Of a DNA stretch of 64,000 bases, positions 48,107 through 58,242 are shown piece by piece. The first letter of the stretch is position 1, and each line of letters opens with the position of its first letter. Both the position numbers and the translations under genes were made by a program. The stretch comes from a virus. The stretch is from positions 13,649 through 77,648 of the IMG/VR virus record IMGVR_UViG_3300034175_000063, one strand, 5' to 3'. Below the pieces are notes generated by a model. It saw nothing but the letters and a program-made list of their open reading frames with translations. It was not told where the DNA came from and did no database searches.

Positions 48107-49282
48107 TTACAGCTTGGCCGCGGTCTTGATCAGGGCGATACGCTCAGGGCGCAGGGCCATGAAACCGTAGTACCACTTGATCGACATGAAGCCGGTTTCG
48201 CCGTACGGGTCGTTGCGATCGGCCGTCTCGTCACCCGGCTTCTTGTGGGTGATCTTGAACTTCACGGTCTTGCCGTCGGTTTGGAAACCGATGGTGGTGA
48301 ACGACTCGTCGCCGACAACCAGCAGCGGGAAGACGTCGTACTTGTTCGCCGTCTCGTAGCAGGTTGCGTCAGCCGAAGCGTCGGCGCCAGCGCCAGCCCA
48401 CTTCATCATTTCCGGCACGATGACGATGCGGAACTTGTCCACGGCGCCCTCTTCGCCCAGCACGGTGTTACCACCAGCTGCATACTTCTCGACCGAGATG
48501 TAGGCCGGCTCGTTGTGCAGGTCTTTCATGGCGCGGAAGGTCGGGATCATTTCCGAACCGGCGTACATGATGCGAGCTGCAGGCAGCACGCGGGTGTCGA
48601 CCAGACGGGTGCCGGTGATCACGGTCGTGTGCTTCGGCGTGCGGTTGTTGTCGAGGTCGATCGACAGGCGCATCAGGTCAGTGTACGACACGATGTCGTC
48701 GCCGCCGACGGTGACGTTCGACACGGCGTTACCAGCGAACTTCACGGTGCCAGCGTTGTTGATCAGGTCGATCTGCAGCGCATCTTCGGTGATTTCGTTC
48801 GCACCGTTGATCATCTCGCGGTTGACGTGCTGGAGCAGGTCAGCGTCCGAGTCGAAGTCCACCGATTCCTGGGTGTATTCGTCGAAGAAACCGAACTTCT
48901 CGAAGGTGCCTTCGATGGTCTTGCGCTTGAAGCCGACGCGGTTGACGCGGCCGCCAGTTTCGGACAGCACAGGCATCTTGCCCGAGATGGTGCCGATGTC
49001 CTTGGACGAACCGTACAGGTTGCCGTTGGCGATCACTGCACCAGCGGCGTTCAAGCCCTGGTCGTTGATGTTGGCGTCGTCGAGCAGCGGCAAGTAGTGA
49101 TACTTGACGATTTTCTTGCCCATGTTCTTAGGCATGGACGTGACGTCGGCCAGCTGCGTGAAGAACTGCAGCTTGCGTGCTTCGATCAGTGCCTGCTTCT
49201 GGAAATACTGATCCATCAGCTGTGGGCTCATGGTCGACAGGTTGCCTGGGGCGTTACCGCCGTTATATTGACGTGCAGTCAT
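48107..49282 (-). CDS. major capsid protein (N4 gp56-like)
   Basis: MPKNMGKKI..YHY.PLLDD.N.NDQG, GNLYGSSKD.G.I, GGRVNRVGF, DPYGETGF.SIKWYYG. Confidence 0.95.
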   Translation of the reverse strand: MTARQYNGGNAPGNLSTMSPQLMDQYFQKQALIEARKLQFFTQLADVTSMPKNMGKKIVKYHYLPLLDDANINDQGLNAAGAVIANGNLYGSSKDIGTISGKMPVLSETGGRVNRVGFKRKTIEGTFEKFGFFDEYTQESVDFDSDADLLQHVNREMINGANEITEDALQIDLINNAGTVKFAGNAVSNVTVGGDDIVSYTDLMRLSIDLDNNRTPKHTTVITGTRLVDTRVLPAARIMYAGSEMIPTFRAMKDLHNEPAYISVEKYAAGGNTVLGEEGAVDKFRIVIVPEMMKWAGAGADASADATCYETANKYDVFPLLVVGDESFTTIGFQTDGKTVKFKITHKKPGDETADRNDPYGETGFMSIKWYYGFMALRPERIALIKTAAKL

Positions 49283-49319
49283 GGTGATACCTTTCAGTGT
49301 GTATATAAAGTGGGTTGGT

Positions 49320-50654
49320 TCAGAACTTAAATTGCTTCATGTCGTCATCCGACATGGCCAGAGGGTTAAAGTCGGCTGGAACCGAGTTGCCCGCTGGAGC
49401 AGCAGCCTTGGTGCCGCTTGCTTGGCGCCGCTTGTCTTTCAGCTTGTCGTCTTCCACCTGCTTAGGTTTTGGTGGCACGATTACTGGCGCCGTGGCTTTG
49501 GTTTCCTTCTTCGACTGGGAGCTACCCGGTGTCAGATGGTTGAACCCGCCGCGCGCGTTGATCGCATCACCCACTTTCTGATAGGCTTGGAGGTCGGACA
49601 GACCCTTCAGTCGGCCAAAGGTACGCTCGCTTTCGATTTCCGCCGCTACGATATCGAAGATCCCGACGCTGATGTGGTCGTTGATCAGTCGAATCACCTG
49701 CGGATTCTCAGCTACTTCACTCTTGGACGACTTGTCCCACTGGTTGGCTACCACATCCAATGTCCGTGCGTAGTGCTCGCTGCCTTTGATGTCGGCGAGA
49801 ACTTCGTCCAGTTCCATTGACTGATCGTCAACCGTGTGGTTGCCAGGCTTGTACTCGCTGGCTTTGGCCGCGGACAGATCCAGAGGATCCATCTTGCGAT
49901 CAAGAATTAACTTGTTGATGGCGTTGGTGTCGCCCTTGTGCAGGTCGATGAGGAAGCCCAGCTGGGATTCGTCCATCAAGCCAGCACCCTCGAGCATCTT
50001 CACCAGCTTCAGGCTCGGCTTCAGGCCGGCCATCTTCTTGTTGTAGTTGGCGCCCATCTGCATCAGCTGGATGGCGTCATCGACGCTCTTCACTGTGATG
50101 TCACGGCCATTGGCCTTGAATGGAGCAGTCAACCGCTCATATGCTGCTTTGTAGTCGATGGCGCCGCTCTCGTCCTTGGCGTCTTCGACGCCGGACTTCG
50201 CTTTGCCATCGCCTTCGTCCTTTACTTCTTCTTTCTTGCCGTCGGCAGCTGCGGCTTTATCGTCGGCAGCTTTGCCGTCCGTGCCTGCAGCAGCTTTGTC
50301 TGCCGCACTCGCCGCATCTGCAGCACGGCTTGCCACATCAGCCGCCTTGTCGGCTTCGCTTTTGCCACTGTCTTCATCGCCAGCACCCTTGCCGGCAGGA
50401 TTGCCAGCGGTAACATCCACGTCATCCGAATCGAGAGCTGCGGCAGCTGCTGCCGTGGCGGCTTTCTCTTCGTCCGTTTCTTCTTCGTTGCCGGCATCAG
50501 CCGCGGGTTTGTCCGCAGGTGCAGCAGCCATCGAAGGGGTGTTCAGCTTGGCCATGTCTTCATCGGACATGTCCAGGAAGTTGTTCACCTCCTGGTTGTC
50601 GTCGTCGCCCGTGCCCAGGTCGTCGTCGATTTGGTCGTTGTTCTGGGTGCCCAT
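49320..50654 (-). CDS. N4 gp57-like protein (often labelled tape measure; scaffold-like)
   Basis: Acidic disordered N-half, APFKANG, LMQMGANY.KKM, NPLAMSDDD end. Confidence 0.82.
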   Translation of the reverse strand: MGTQNNDQIDDDLGTGDDDNQEVNNFLDMSDEDMAKLNTPSMAAAPADKPAADAGNEEETDEEKAATAAAAAALDSDDVDVTAGNPAGKGAGDEDSGKSEADKAADVASRAADAASAADKAAAGTDGKAADDKAAAADGKKEEVKDEGDGKAKSGVEDAKDESGAIDYKAAYERLTAPFKANGRDITVKSVDDAIQLMQMGANYNKKMAGLKPSLKLVKMLEGAGLMDESQLGFLIDLHKGDTNAINKLILDRKMDPLDLSAAKASEYKPGNHTVDDQSMELDEVLADIKGSEHYARTLDVVANQWDKSSKSEVAENPQVIRLINDHISVGIFDIVAAEIESERTFGRLKGLSDLQAYQKVGDAINARGGFNHLTPGSSQSKKETKATAPVIVPPKPKQVEDDKLKDKRRQASGTKAAAPAGNSVPADFNPLAMSDDDMKQFKF

Positions 50655-51010
50655 TATTCACCACCCTTGGTGGTGGACTCGTCGCGCATTTCTTCGAGGG
50701 TTGCTTCGCCCTCTTCGATCGACTTGTCGGCCAGGCCGGCTGCATGCAGGATGGTCTGGAAATACTGGTTCAGGTTGGAGATCGAATCCATCTGACGGAT
50801 GATCGACGCCTGCTTCTCTGGGGTCTGGCATGCTGGGTCGCCTTTGGCGTGCACGAGGCGCACAGCTTCGGCTTCAAAGTAGCCCTGCTTGATGACCTTC
50901 TGGAAGTCACGGTTGGTGATCAGACGTTCCAGTGCGGTGCCTAGAGCTTTCTGCTCCTTGGCATCCTTTACTGTCCGTTCGATTGCGTTGATCTCGTCTT
51001 GATTGCTCAT
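50654..51010 (-). CDS. N4 gp58-like protein
   Basis: LERL..NRDF.KVI..GYF..EAVRLV. Confidence 0.8.
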   Translation of the reverse strand: MSNQDEINAIERTVKDAKEQKALGTALERLITNRDFQKVIKQGYFEAEAVRLVHAKGDPACQTPEKQASIIRQMDSISNLNQYFQTILHAAGLADKSIEEGEATLEEMRDESTTKGGE

Positions 51011-51095
51011 GTAGGTTCTACCAGTGCTGTTAAGAGTTAATAGAAAGTGGTTACAACGACGTCACTATAACCACTTTCTTGTTGAAGTGCAGCAA

Positions 51096-53324
51096 TTATT
51101 TGCTCTTGGGCACCTGTTTTGCAGCTTTTACGTCCAAATTGTGCTGGATGATGGCTAATTGGGCAGCCGACTGGTGCTGAACCGTGGATTTTTCCAGTTC
51201 ACGGGCCTGATGCACACCCGATTCCTGCTCGACGTACTCCAAGTTCTTCAGGTCGGTGTCCGACTTGACATGCTCAGCCTTCACCTGCTCAGTACCAGCC
51301 TTGGCCGTGTGCAGTACAGCGGTCGCGCCCAGCGATGCAGCCTTGGCCTGTTCGGTAGCGATTTGTGCCTGCAACAGTGCGATCTGCAGCTGCTGCAACT
51401 GCTGTTGAACGGGGTCCGGCTGCGGTTGGAACATCTCGATCTTCTTGGCCAGCTCCGGCATCTTGCGTAGACGGGCGATATCCGACAGGATCATCTTCGT
51501 CATCTCAGGATCCATGTTCGGCCCCATGGTTTGGAGCATCATGGCCAGTTCCTGGGCCTTCTTCTCGTCTTCCTCGGCGGTGGACACACCCAGCTTCAGG
51601 TCGAAGTTGCCCGGCAGGTCATCTTTGCGCACGGCAACGAAATCTTCGTTGGTCACACGGATGACTTCTTCCGGTTCGAGGAACTCGGCATTCATGGAGA
51701 TGATCTTCCGACCGATTGCCATCAAGCCAGCAGAGAAACGACGCAGGATTCCGAGCTCGCGCTTGGACGCCGCATCCAATGCACCGCGGACGCCGGCCGC
51801 GACCTGGCCCAGCGAGTTGCCGGAGACGCCCTGGCTGAACGACTTCACGCCGGTGAGCGATTCGGCTTCCATGTTCTGCAGGTTCAGCATCTGGCCGGCC
51901 GACTGTGGGATCTCGGCGTAGGTATGCATGTGCACGCCCACCCGTGGATCGACGTTGCCGTTGTATTCGTAGTCCTTGCCCTCCAGCCACTTCTTCTTGT
52001 TCGTGGCGTCGAGCATGTCCTTGCGCATACCGGTCTGGCCGTTGGCCGACTTGGCCATGATGTCGATCATGCCCCGTGTTACGGCGCCGGCGATCTTCTG
52101 GTTGTCCTCGATCAGCACTCCATCAGGTTCACCATGAGTCTGGCGACGCACCGGCAGGTACTGGATGATGACGAACGGCAGCTGCTTGTCCGGGAACGGA
52201 TTCTCGGTCAGGCGGATCAGGATGTCACCGACCCAGGCGGCCACGATAGGGACGGTTTTGCCATCATTGTGGATGTCCCAGAAGCCCCAGTATTCGTGGA
52301 CCACGATCTTCTTGCGTGGCTCGTCGGTGAAGTTGAAGCTCATCGACGTCAGGTCGCCGCGATGATCGGGCTCGTTCAGCGGGCCGTTGTTGGCCACCTG
52401 GATCTGGTCCAGATTGCTGTACTTGCCGTCTTTACGCAGGATCGACAGCGAAGATTCAAAGCTGTGGATGATGAAACCAGCCTTCTCCACATCGCCCTGG
52501 CACGTCGGATCGACGATGACATTGCGGTAGTCGCAGACTTCGACGGTAGGTCGGTTCTGCAGGGTACGTTTCTTGGTGATCAGCTCCTGGCCGGTCAGCT
52601 CGGGACGGTAAGGCTGTCCGGTTTCCTGGGAAATCCGCAGGGCTTCCTTCATTTCCAGCGGCACGTCGGTGTCGAACTGGGAAGGGGATTCCTTCTGCAT
52701 CGCGTCGATGGTGATGAGCACTTCACCATAGCTCGGGTCGAGCACGTATTGGAAGATCGGAGTAACCTCCTGATATTCCTCTTCGACAAACTCCCAGCCC
52801 ACCTTGACGATGGCCGTACCTTCGTCCACCGCGGTACGAACCAGGGTGTCGATGAAGTTGACCTTGTTGATCTTGGTGTTGAACTGGTTGTTCAGCAGTA
52901 GTTCGTTCTGCTGCGCCGCTTTACGGTCCTCCCATGAGACTGGTCGCACCTTGAACACATCATCAGTGGACAGGTACGGCTCGGATAGGGCGGCATAACG
53001 CCATTCAGCCTGCTTCCGGATCAGCTTGGGCACGATAGTGGAGTTGCCCTTGGGCGCCACGACCTTTGCTTTACCGGTTACGTTCAGATTGTCAAGCCAT
53101 CCACCAATTTTTGTTTCTTGACTGGAATGACTGTTTCGGGCATCCTGCAAGTCTTGCTTGAGGTCACGGATCGTAGGCGGGTTCTTCCAGTTGGTGAGCC
53201 CCGCTTTAGGCGCACCTGCGTCCGTGATGCCCCCATCATCGTCGTCCTCCGCGTTAATGTCGACACGAAGGTCTTCATCTGGTTGGTTGAGGGGGTTTTT
53301 GCTGAGTTGTGCTTGATCAATCAT
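51096..53324 (-). CDS. portal protein (N4 gp59-like)
   Basis: PKLIRKQAEWRYAALSEP, V.VHEYWG.WDI, GAVTRGMID.M..SANGQ, AESLTGVKSFS.G; start at 53324 tentative. Confidence 0.93.
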   Translation of the reverse strand: MIDQAQLSKNPLNQPDEDLRVDINAEDDDDGGITDAGAPKAGLTNWKNPPTIRDLKQDLQDARNSHSSQETKIGGWLDNLNVTGKAKVVAPKGNSTIVPKLIRKQAEWRYAALSEPYLSTDDVFKVRPVSWEDRKAAQQNELLLNNQFNTKINKVNFIDTLVRTAVDEGTAIVKVGWEFVEEEYQEVTPIFQYVLDPSYGEVLITIDAMQKESPSQFDTDVPLEMKEALRISQETGQPYRPELTGQELITKKRTLQNRPTVEVCDYRNVIVDPTCQGDVEKAGFIIHSFESSLSILRKDGKYSNLDQIQVANNGPLNEPDHRGDLTSMSFNFTDEPRKKIVVHEYWGFWDIHNDGKTVPIVAAWVGDILIRLTENPFPDKQLPFVIIQYLPVRRQTHGEPDGVLIEDNQKIAGAVTRGMIDIMAKSANGQTGMRKDMLDATNKKKWLEGKDYEYNGNVDPRVGVHMHTYAEIPQSAGQMLNLQNMEAESLTGVKSFSQGVSGNSLGQVAAGVRGALDAASKRELGILRRFSAGLMAIGRKIISMNAEFLEPEEVIRVTNEDFVAVRKDDLPGNFDLKLGVSTAEEDEKKAQELAMMLQTMGPNMDPEMTKMILSDIARLRKMPELAKKIEMFQPQPDPVQQQLQQLQIALLQAQIATEQAKAASLGATAVLHTAKAGTEQVKAEHVKSDTDLKNLEYVEQESGVHQARELEKSTVQHQSAAQLAIIQHNLDVKAAKQVPKSK

Positions 53325-53389
53325 AATTGGCCCATGGGAATGATGGGCGATTATCCCATAGAAATCGTTTCTGTAAAGGAATCTGTTGC

Positions 53390-53812
53390 ATGAAAGTATT
53401 AGCCTACCACTCAAACTTCCGTATGCCGACCAAAGGCACCACCGGTGCCGGTGCATTCGACATCTACATGCCTGAAGCCGGCATGGCCCATGAAGTGCAT
53501 ACGGTGAAGGTGCCTTTAGGCTTTGCAGCAGAGGTTCCTGCAGGACATGTGGCGTTGTTGCTCCCTCGTTCGGGTGCCGGCGCCAACAAAGGACTCGAAC
53601 TGAACAACACCTGTGGCGTAATCGACTCGGACTACCGTGGCGAGTGGGTTGCTGCCATCAAGGTCAAGAACTTCCCTGGCTTCAGCTGGGAAGCAGGTGA
53701 GCGGATCCTTCAATTCATTGTGGTTCCGATCGCCGACGTCACCCTCGAGCGCGTTCACGCACTCACGCCAACCAGCCGGAACACTGGCGGGTTCGGATCC
53801 ACCGGCGCTTAA
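53390..53812 (+). CDS. dut: trimeric dUTPase
   Basis: Five motifs: AGAFDI, PRSG, GVIDSDYRGE, GERILQ, RNTGGFGSTG. Confidence 0.93.
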   Translation: MKVLAYHSNFRMPTKGTTGAGAFDIYMPEAGMAHEVHTVKVPLGFAAEVPAGHVALLLPRSGAGANKGLELNNTCGVIDSDYRGEWVAAIKVKNFPGFSWEAGERILQFIVVPIADVTLERVHALTPTSRNTGGFGSTGA

Positions 53813-53825
53813 TGCCACATCAAAT

Positions 53826-53858
53826 AGAAAACGGCCCCGTCTGGGGCCGCTTTTCTTT
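53826..53858. terminator. bidirectional terminator between dut and gp67-like gene
   Basis: AGAAAA-CGGCCCC-GTCT-GGGGCCG-CTTTTCTTT. Confidence 0.75.
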
Positions 53859-53870
53859 GGTCAACGCAGA

Positions 53871-54620
53871 TTAACGCCAGCCACCCCGCTCGGCCCGCGT
53901 ATTGCCGGCCAACGAGTCGATTTCAACACCCTCATTCTCCAGCCGCTGGCATTCACCCTCGAATCGGGCCGCCCAGTTATTGCCGGCGTTGAATTCCTGC
54001 CCCATTCCGATCGGATTGTGTACCCGCGACGCAACAAAGTAGAGCAACGCCTGGGTGTAGGCTGCCGGCAGCTCGATGTTCGTCAGCTGCGGGTCATAGA
54101 ACCCCACCTTCGGCACGAAGTTCGGGTGGTTCGCCTGGTAGTCGATCACCAGGTTGGCTGTCCGGTACTCTTTCGCCAGCTCGGTGCCGGGATTCACGAC
54201 GTCGATAGGCACCCGAATGCTTTCCAGCGTCGGCGTCACGATGGAGAAGTGGTCCATGTAGTCGTTCAGGTTGAACGCATCGCCGTTGTCGGTCGTGATC
54301 GTCAGGATCTTGAGCAGATCATCGCGGAATGGGTCGTCTACCGTGTCCTTGATGTAGCGAACCGGCTCCAGTGAGTTCAGCCCCTGCACCGCGAACTTGC
54401 TGTGCAGCTGATACGTGGTCCGATCAGGGCTCAGCTCGACCACCAGCTGATTGCGCTTCAGGTCAAAGCGACGATACAGCGTGGTCAGGCCGAGCAAGAC
54501 GTGGTTGCCGACGGCACGGTAGTTCGCCTCGCTGATTTCGCCGGCTGCCCCGCCGCCCATGGCCACCTGCGAGAGCTCGCCCTGGGTCAGCTGCTCGAAA
54601 ATTTGAGAAAGTTTTTGCAT
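53871..54620 (-). CDS. head-tail adaptor/virion protein (N4 gp67-like)
   Basis: L..GELSQ, LGLT.LY.RF.L, AL..FVASR, N.R.ERGGW end; next to terminase. Confidence 0.8.
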   Translation of the reverse strand: MQKLSQIFEQLTQGELSQVAMGGGAAGEISEANYRAVGNHVLLGLTTLYRRFDLKRNQLVVELSPDRTTYQLHSKFAVQGLNSLEPVRYIKDTVDDPFRDDLLKILTITTDNGDAFNLNDYMDHFSIVTPTLESIRVPIDVVNPGTELAKEYRTANLVIDYQANHPNFVPKVGFYDPQLTNIELPAAYTQALLYFVASRVHNPIGMGQEFNAGNNWAARFEGECQRLENEGVEIDSLAGNTRAERGGWR

Positions 54621-54634
54621 ATTTGCCTTATAAA

Positions 54635-56302
54635 TTAAACAACGTAAGAGGACATTCGATCCGGGGCACTGTCGTTACCCTCGATTTCCCACATTCCACC
54701 TCCGTCGTTCTCGGAAACCGGGGCTTCCTCGGACGGTTTGAAGGCATGCATCAGCGGCAGCATCGAGATCGTGTCGATGAAGTCGTCGTGCTTGGACCGG
54801 AACCCTGACACGGCCACCAGTTCCAGTTCGTTCATGGCTTCGAGCATCGGTGCTGTCTTCTTGAGCTCGATCGGGAAGTAGATTTTACCGGCCTTGAACA
54901 GGGGCACGGCCACGTTGAAGCGGGCCATCTTGTTCGTGTTCGGCCGGATGCCTGGTTGCCCATTGTTCAGCTCCGAAACCAGAGTGAAATAGATGTTCTT
55001 GGCCAGCATCTGGTCCTGGATCCACGGGATGAAGCCGGCCTGCTGCCCGGACACCTCAATGCCCACGCCCTGGGGTCGCCATTTCTGGCCCAGCCGGAAG
55101 AGGTCGGTCATGTTCACCCCCATGTCCTGTCGCTTGCATACCCCGTCCACCCAGAACCAGTCGCCGTTCGAGTTGTAGGCCCACACGCTGATCACCGAAT
55201 AGTCGGCCGCCTGCTTCTCGGACGTCGCAAAGTCGGTTGTGATGAAGTAGTTGAACTTGGACTTGTTCTGCAGGATCGTCTCAAGGCGATACCAGCGGAT
55301 GTCCTCATCCTTGATGAGGCGGTCTTCCTCGCTCATGATTCGGAGCATCAGCTCCTGGTTGAACGTCTCGACCTTACCCAGCTTCACGGCATCGTCGTAC
55401 TGCTTCTTCACGTACTCGTAGGTGAAGCGGTCGGGCCAGCTGCCGCGGAACTCCTCCTTCGTGCAAGGATACTTCTCGCACACAGGGAACACGTTGACTG
55501 CCCATGCTCCGGACTCAACTGCCTTGTACAGCGGATCCTTTGCGTTAAAGGGCGTACCAGACCAGATGATCATGTTCTTGCTTGGGTGAAGCGCGTAGTT
55601 CACCGCTTTGTACACGGTGTCCTCCACTGCAGAGATCACGGTCGCTGACCGAGCGTCTTCATCGCTAATCAAGTCATCGAGTACGGCCAGGCCCGGTCGC
55701 TTACCCATCTCCTTCGCACCACGCACACCGGTCTTGGCGCCATAGCCCTTGACGATGAACATCTTGCCGTCGGCATTGCGGAAGGCCCAACGAATATCGG
55801 TGAAGTGGGCTTCAGGGATGTACTGCTTGAGGAAGTCGGAATTATCCCAGCGGAATTCCAAGTTCTTCCGCATGTTCTTGACCCCGTTCTCGATCGAGTC
55901 GGAGACGTAGAGAGCCAGGTCGATACGGCCGAAGCCGGGGATCTCGCCATAGCAGGCGATGTACAGGAACAGGTACTCACCCATCAGGGTGGTCTTGGCG
56001 ATACCTCGGTGGCACAGGTTGATGATCCGGCTGCCACCCTTGGTCAGGGTGTCCAGCATGTGGTAGTGGACCAGTGGTGTCTTGTGCTCCTCGCCTTCCA
56101 CACCGTTCACCAGCTTGATGAAGGTGATGAACTCAAGAGCGAACTCGCTCGGGACGTACTTCGGGTCCACCGAATAGCTCGTGCTGTTCAGGTAGTCTTC
56201 CACCTTCCACGGTGAAGCCGCCTCCAGTGCTGCGGCCACCGGCCCGGTGCCGACGGCGACTGCCAGGGCTAGAGCCGCGGCGGCGTTGGTGAGTCCGATC
56301 AT
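54635..56302 (-). CDS. terL: terminase large subunit (N4 gp68-like)
   Basis: HRGIAKTT Walker A, AVLDD Walker B, GTPF, TTDFATS, HDDFID nuclease motifs. Confidence 0.93.
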   Translation of the reverse strand: MIGLTNAAAALALAVAVGTGPVAAALEAASPWKVEDYLNSTSYSVDPKYVPSEFALEFITFIKLVNGVEGEEHKTPLVHYHMLDTLTKGGSRIINLCHRGIAKTTLMGEYLFLYIACYGEIPGFGRIDLALYVSDSIENGVKNMRKNLEFRWDNSDFLKQYIPEAHFTDIRWAFRNADGKMFIVKGYGAKTGVRGAKEMGKRPGLAVLDDLISDEDARSATVISAVEDTVYKAVNYALHPSKNMIIWSGTPFNAKDPLYKAVESGAWAVNVFPVCEKYPCTKEEFRGSWPDRFTYEYVKKQYDDAVKLGKVETFNQELMLRIMSEEDRLIKDEDIRWYRLETILQNKSKFNYFITTDFATSEKQAADYSVISVWAYNSNGDWFWVDGVCKRQDMGVNMTDLFRLGQKWRPQGVGIEVSGQQAGFIPWIQDQMLAKNIYFTLVSELNNGQPGIRPNTNKMARFNVAVPLFKAGKIYFPIELKKTAPMLEAMNELELVAVSGFRSKHDDFIDTISMLPLMHAFKPSEEAPVSENDGGGMWEIEGNDSAPDRMSSYVV

Positions 56303-56484
56303 CGGCCCTCCGAAAAGTAGATAGTTGCAATATAGATAAACATCCCGATGAAGATCGGGACAACCCACCAGGAGTGCGTCAGTATCGCCAGAGCCACGCC
56401 GATGGCGCTAGAGGAAACCAATGACAGCACCAGTCCGGCCACCACATGCTTACTCTTCTGGTTTGGCGTCAGCCGGCCCCTCAT
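56299..56484 (-). CDS. small membrane protein
   Basis: Two hydrophobic segments; ATGA overlaps on both sides. Confidence 0.65.
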   Translation of the reverse strand: MRGRLTPNQKSKHVVAGLVLSLVSSSAIGVALAILTHSWWVVPIFIGMFIYIATIYFSEGR

Positions 56485-57182
56485 GGTCGTACTACCTGGG
56501 CATCACCCATGTCAATGATGTTGAGCCGGCTATGGGCAGTCTGCTCGGCGTTCATCGCCCCAGCTTCGATCATCAACCGTTGTTGACGTGACAACTCCAG
56601 CGTAGTCGCCCGCAGCTGAGCAATCGCGCTATCCTCCTTGACCCCGATGTCCATCTCGACCTTGATCGTCTCCGGCATCTTCAGCGCCCCCATCAAATGG
56701 GCCGCCGCATCACTCCGTACCTTCTCGCTCTTGGCGTTCATCATCAGGTCGGCCTGCACATTCAACGCCCGCTGGTACATATCCTGATTCAGCACGTAGC
56801 TCGGCACCAGGGTCTGGGCCATGATCAGGTTCACCAGCTTGCCCTTGTTGTACGCGGTCACATAGCTGGCAATATCCTTCGCCGTCACCCCGGCCGCGAC
56901 AAACGCCGCATACTTATCCGGAAACGTCTTCGTATAGGCATCAATGTTCGTGCAGCCCAGCAGCTTGTGGCTCACATACTTCACCGCCTCGATATAACTC
57001 TCGATCTTGAACTTACCATCGTTCATCACGCTGGTGTAGCTGACCAAGTTCTCTCGATACTGCTCATACAAGCCAGGATCAGCGAGTGTCAGGTTGATCT
57101 GGTCGATCAGCGCCTGATTAACGCACCGCTTCACCTTGGGAGGCAGAGCATCCTGGAACTGTTCGACTGTGAGTGCTGTCAT
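56481..57182 (-). CDS. N4 gp69-like protein (probable terminase small subunit)
   Basis: Y..AVKYVS.KL.G.TN..AY..TFP, YNKGKLVN.I, SEKVRSDAA. Confidence 0.82.
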   Translation of the reverse strand: MTALTVEQFQDALPPKVKRCVNQALIDQINLTLADPGLYEQYRENLVSYTSVMNDGKFKIESYIEAVKYVSHKLLGCTNIDAYTKTFPDKYAAFVAAGVTAKDIASYVTAYNKGKLVNLIMAQTLVPSYVLNQDMYQRALNVQADLMMNAKSEKVRSDAAAHLMGALKMPETIKVEMDIGVKEDSAIAQLRATTLELSRQQRLMIEAGAMNAEQTAHSRLNIIDMGDAQVVRP

Positions 57183-57438
57183 TGGTAGAACCCCGTTGTT
57201 GGTGTATCGGCCTGCTATCGGCCACGATGAACGGGATTGTACAGTGGAAAGATGCGGATGGGAAACAATGTCGCGGGTTTTGTGCAAAATGTTGCTAATT
57301 TTTTACCCCAACTTTTGAGGGGGGAGATGATCTGGGTACGGGTGCAGTGCTGAGGTCCAGGAGCCCAAGAACCAAAACCACCCCCCCGGCAAATGTCAAA
57401 ACTCAAATAGGGATCCTACTCAATCTCATGATTGCATC

Positions 57439-57455
57439 GCGCTCCGCGCATGTAG
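57439..57455 (+). promoter_or_regulatory. vRNAP hairpin promoter 1
   Basis: GCGC-TCC-GCGC then ATGTAG; template loop C-GGA-G as in N4 promoters; predicted +1 G at 57455. Confidence 0.8.
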
Positions 57456-57505
57456 TGGTTGGTTCGATCAGCCAATCTTCATTCACTTAGCTAAGGAGTA
57501 TTACC

Positions 57506-57736
57506 ATGGGTCACGCATTCACTGCACTGTTCGCCTTCTTCACTCAGCTGTTCGGTGCTGCCGAGAAGACTGCATCCGCTCTCAACAACCTGGCTACCTG
57601 GGCTGATGAGTCATCGGGTGTGTTCGTCGACGAGTCACGTCACAAGCGCAAAGAGCTGCTCAAAGCACAAGAGCGCGAAGCTGTCATCACCGCTGCACCA
57701 GTACCAACGCCAGCATTACCGCAACCAGCACCGTAA
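57506..57736 (+). CDS. early hypothetical protein
   Basis: AAGGAG SD; first ORF after promoter 1. Confidence 0.75.
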   Translation: MGHAFTALFAFFTQLFGAAEKTASALNNLATWADESSGVFVDESRHKRKELLKAQEREAVITAAPVPTPALPQPAP

Positions 57737-57740
57737 TACC

Positions 57741-57774
57741 GCAGCGTCGCTCACCTTCGGGTGAGCTTCGCTGT
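57741..57774 (+). terminator. stable C(UUCG)G hairpin after the first early gene (terminator or processing site)
   Basis: GCAGCG..GCTCACC-TTCG-GGTGAGC..CGCTGT; no T-tract. Confidence 0.5.
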
Positions 57775-57869
57775 CTACACATTACACACTACACACCACC
57801 ATAGACAGTACCAGCGCCACCGGTGCCTCAAGTTCCTATGGACAGGTGCGCTCGGCGGGAGAGAGTCTC

Positions 57870-57886
57870 GACCTCCGGTCATGTGG
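57870..57886 (+). promoter_or_regulatory. vRNAP hairpin promoter 2
   Basis: GACC-TCC-GGTC then ATGTGG; predicted +1 G at 57886. Confidence 0.8.
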
Positions 57887-58242
57887 TGAATAGCAGTCCC
57901 TAATCACCATCACCTTTCTTGGAATTCACCCATGCATTCATCACGGTCAGTGAGCACTCACTTACGTCGCAGATCTGATGGACAGTGGAGGGCAGGTGTC
58001 ATACTGCACTGTAACTTACCCACCATCACCCTGATCCCATCCATTTCCATCCCTTTCCCCATTCCGATAGGACACCGATATACTATGCCTCATCATCCCC
58101 ATGCCAAGCTCGTTGTTGTCTTCTGTATGGCCTTCACAGTCGCATCACTTGTGCTCAAGCTGTTCTAAGTTGTCATAACTTCATGCCCTCATATAAGAGG
58201 GTGGCCAATAGTTGTCTATCCATCAATATTAGGAGTCTTACC

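Noticed and set aside
57932-58168. 78-aa ORF after promoter 2
   Set aside because: No SD and atypical composition; at most a 27-aa peptide from ATG 58085, which I cannot support
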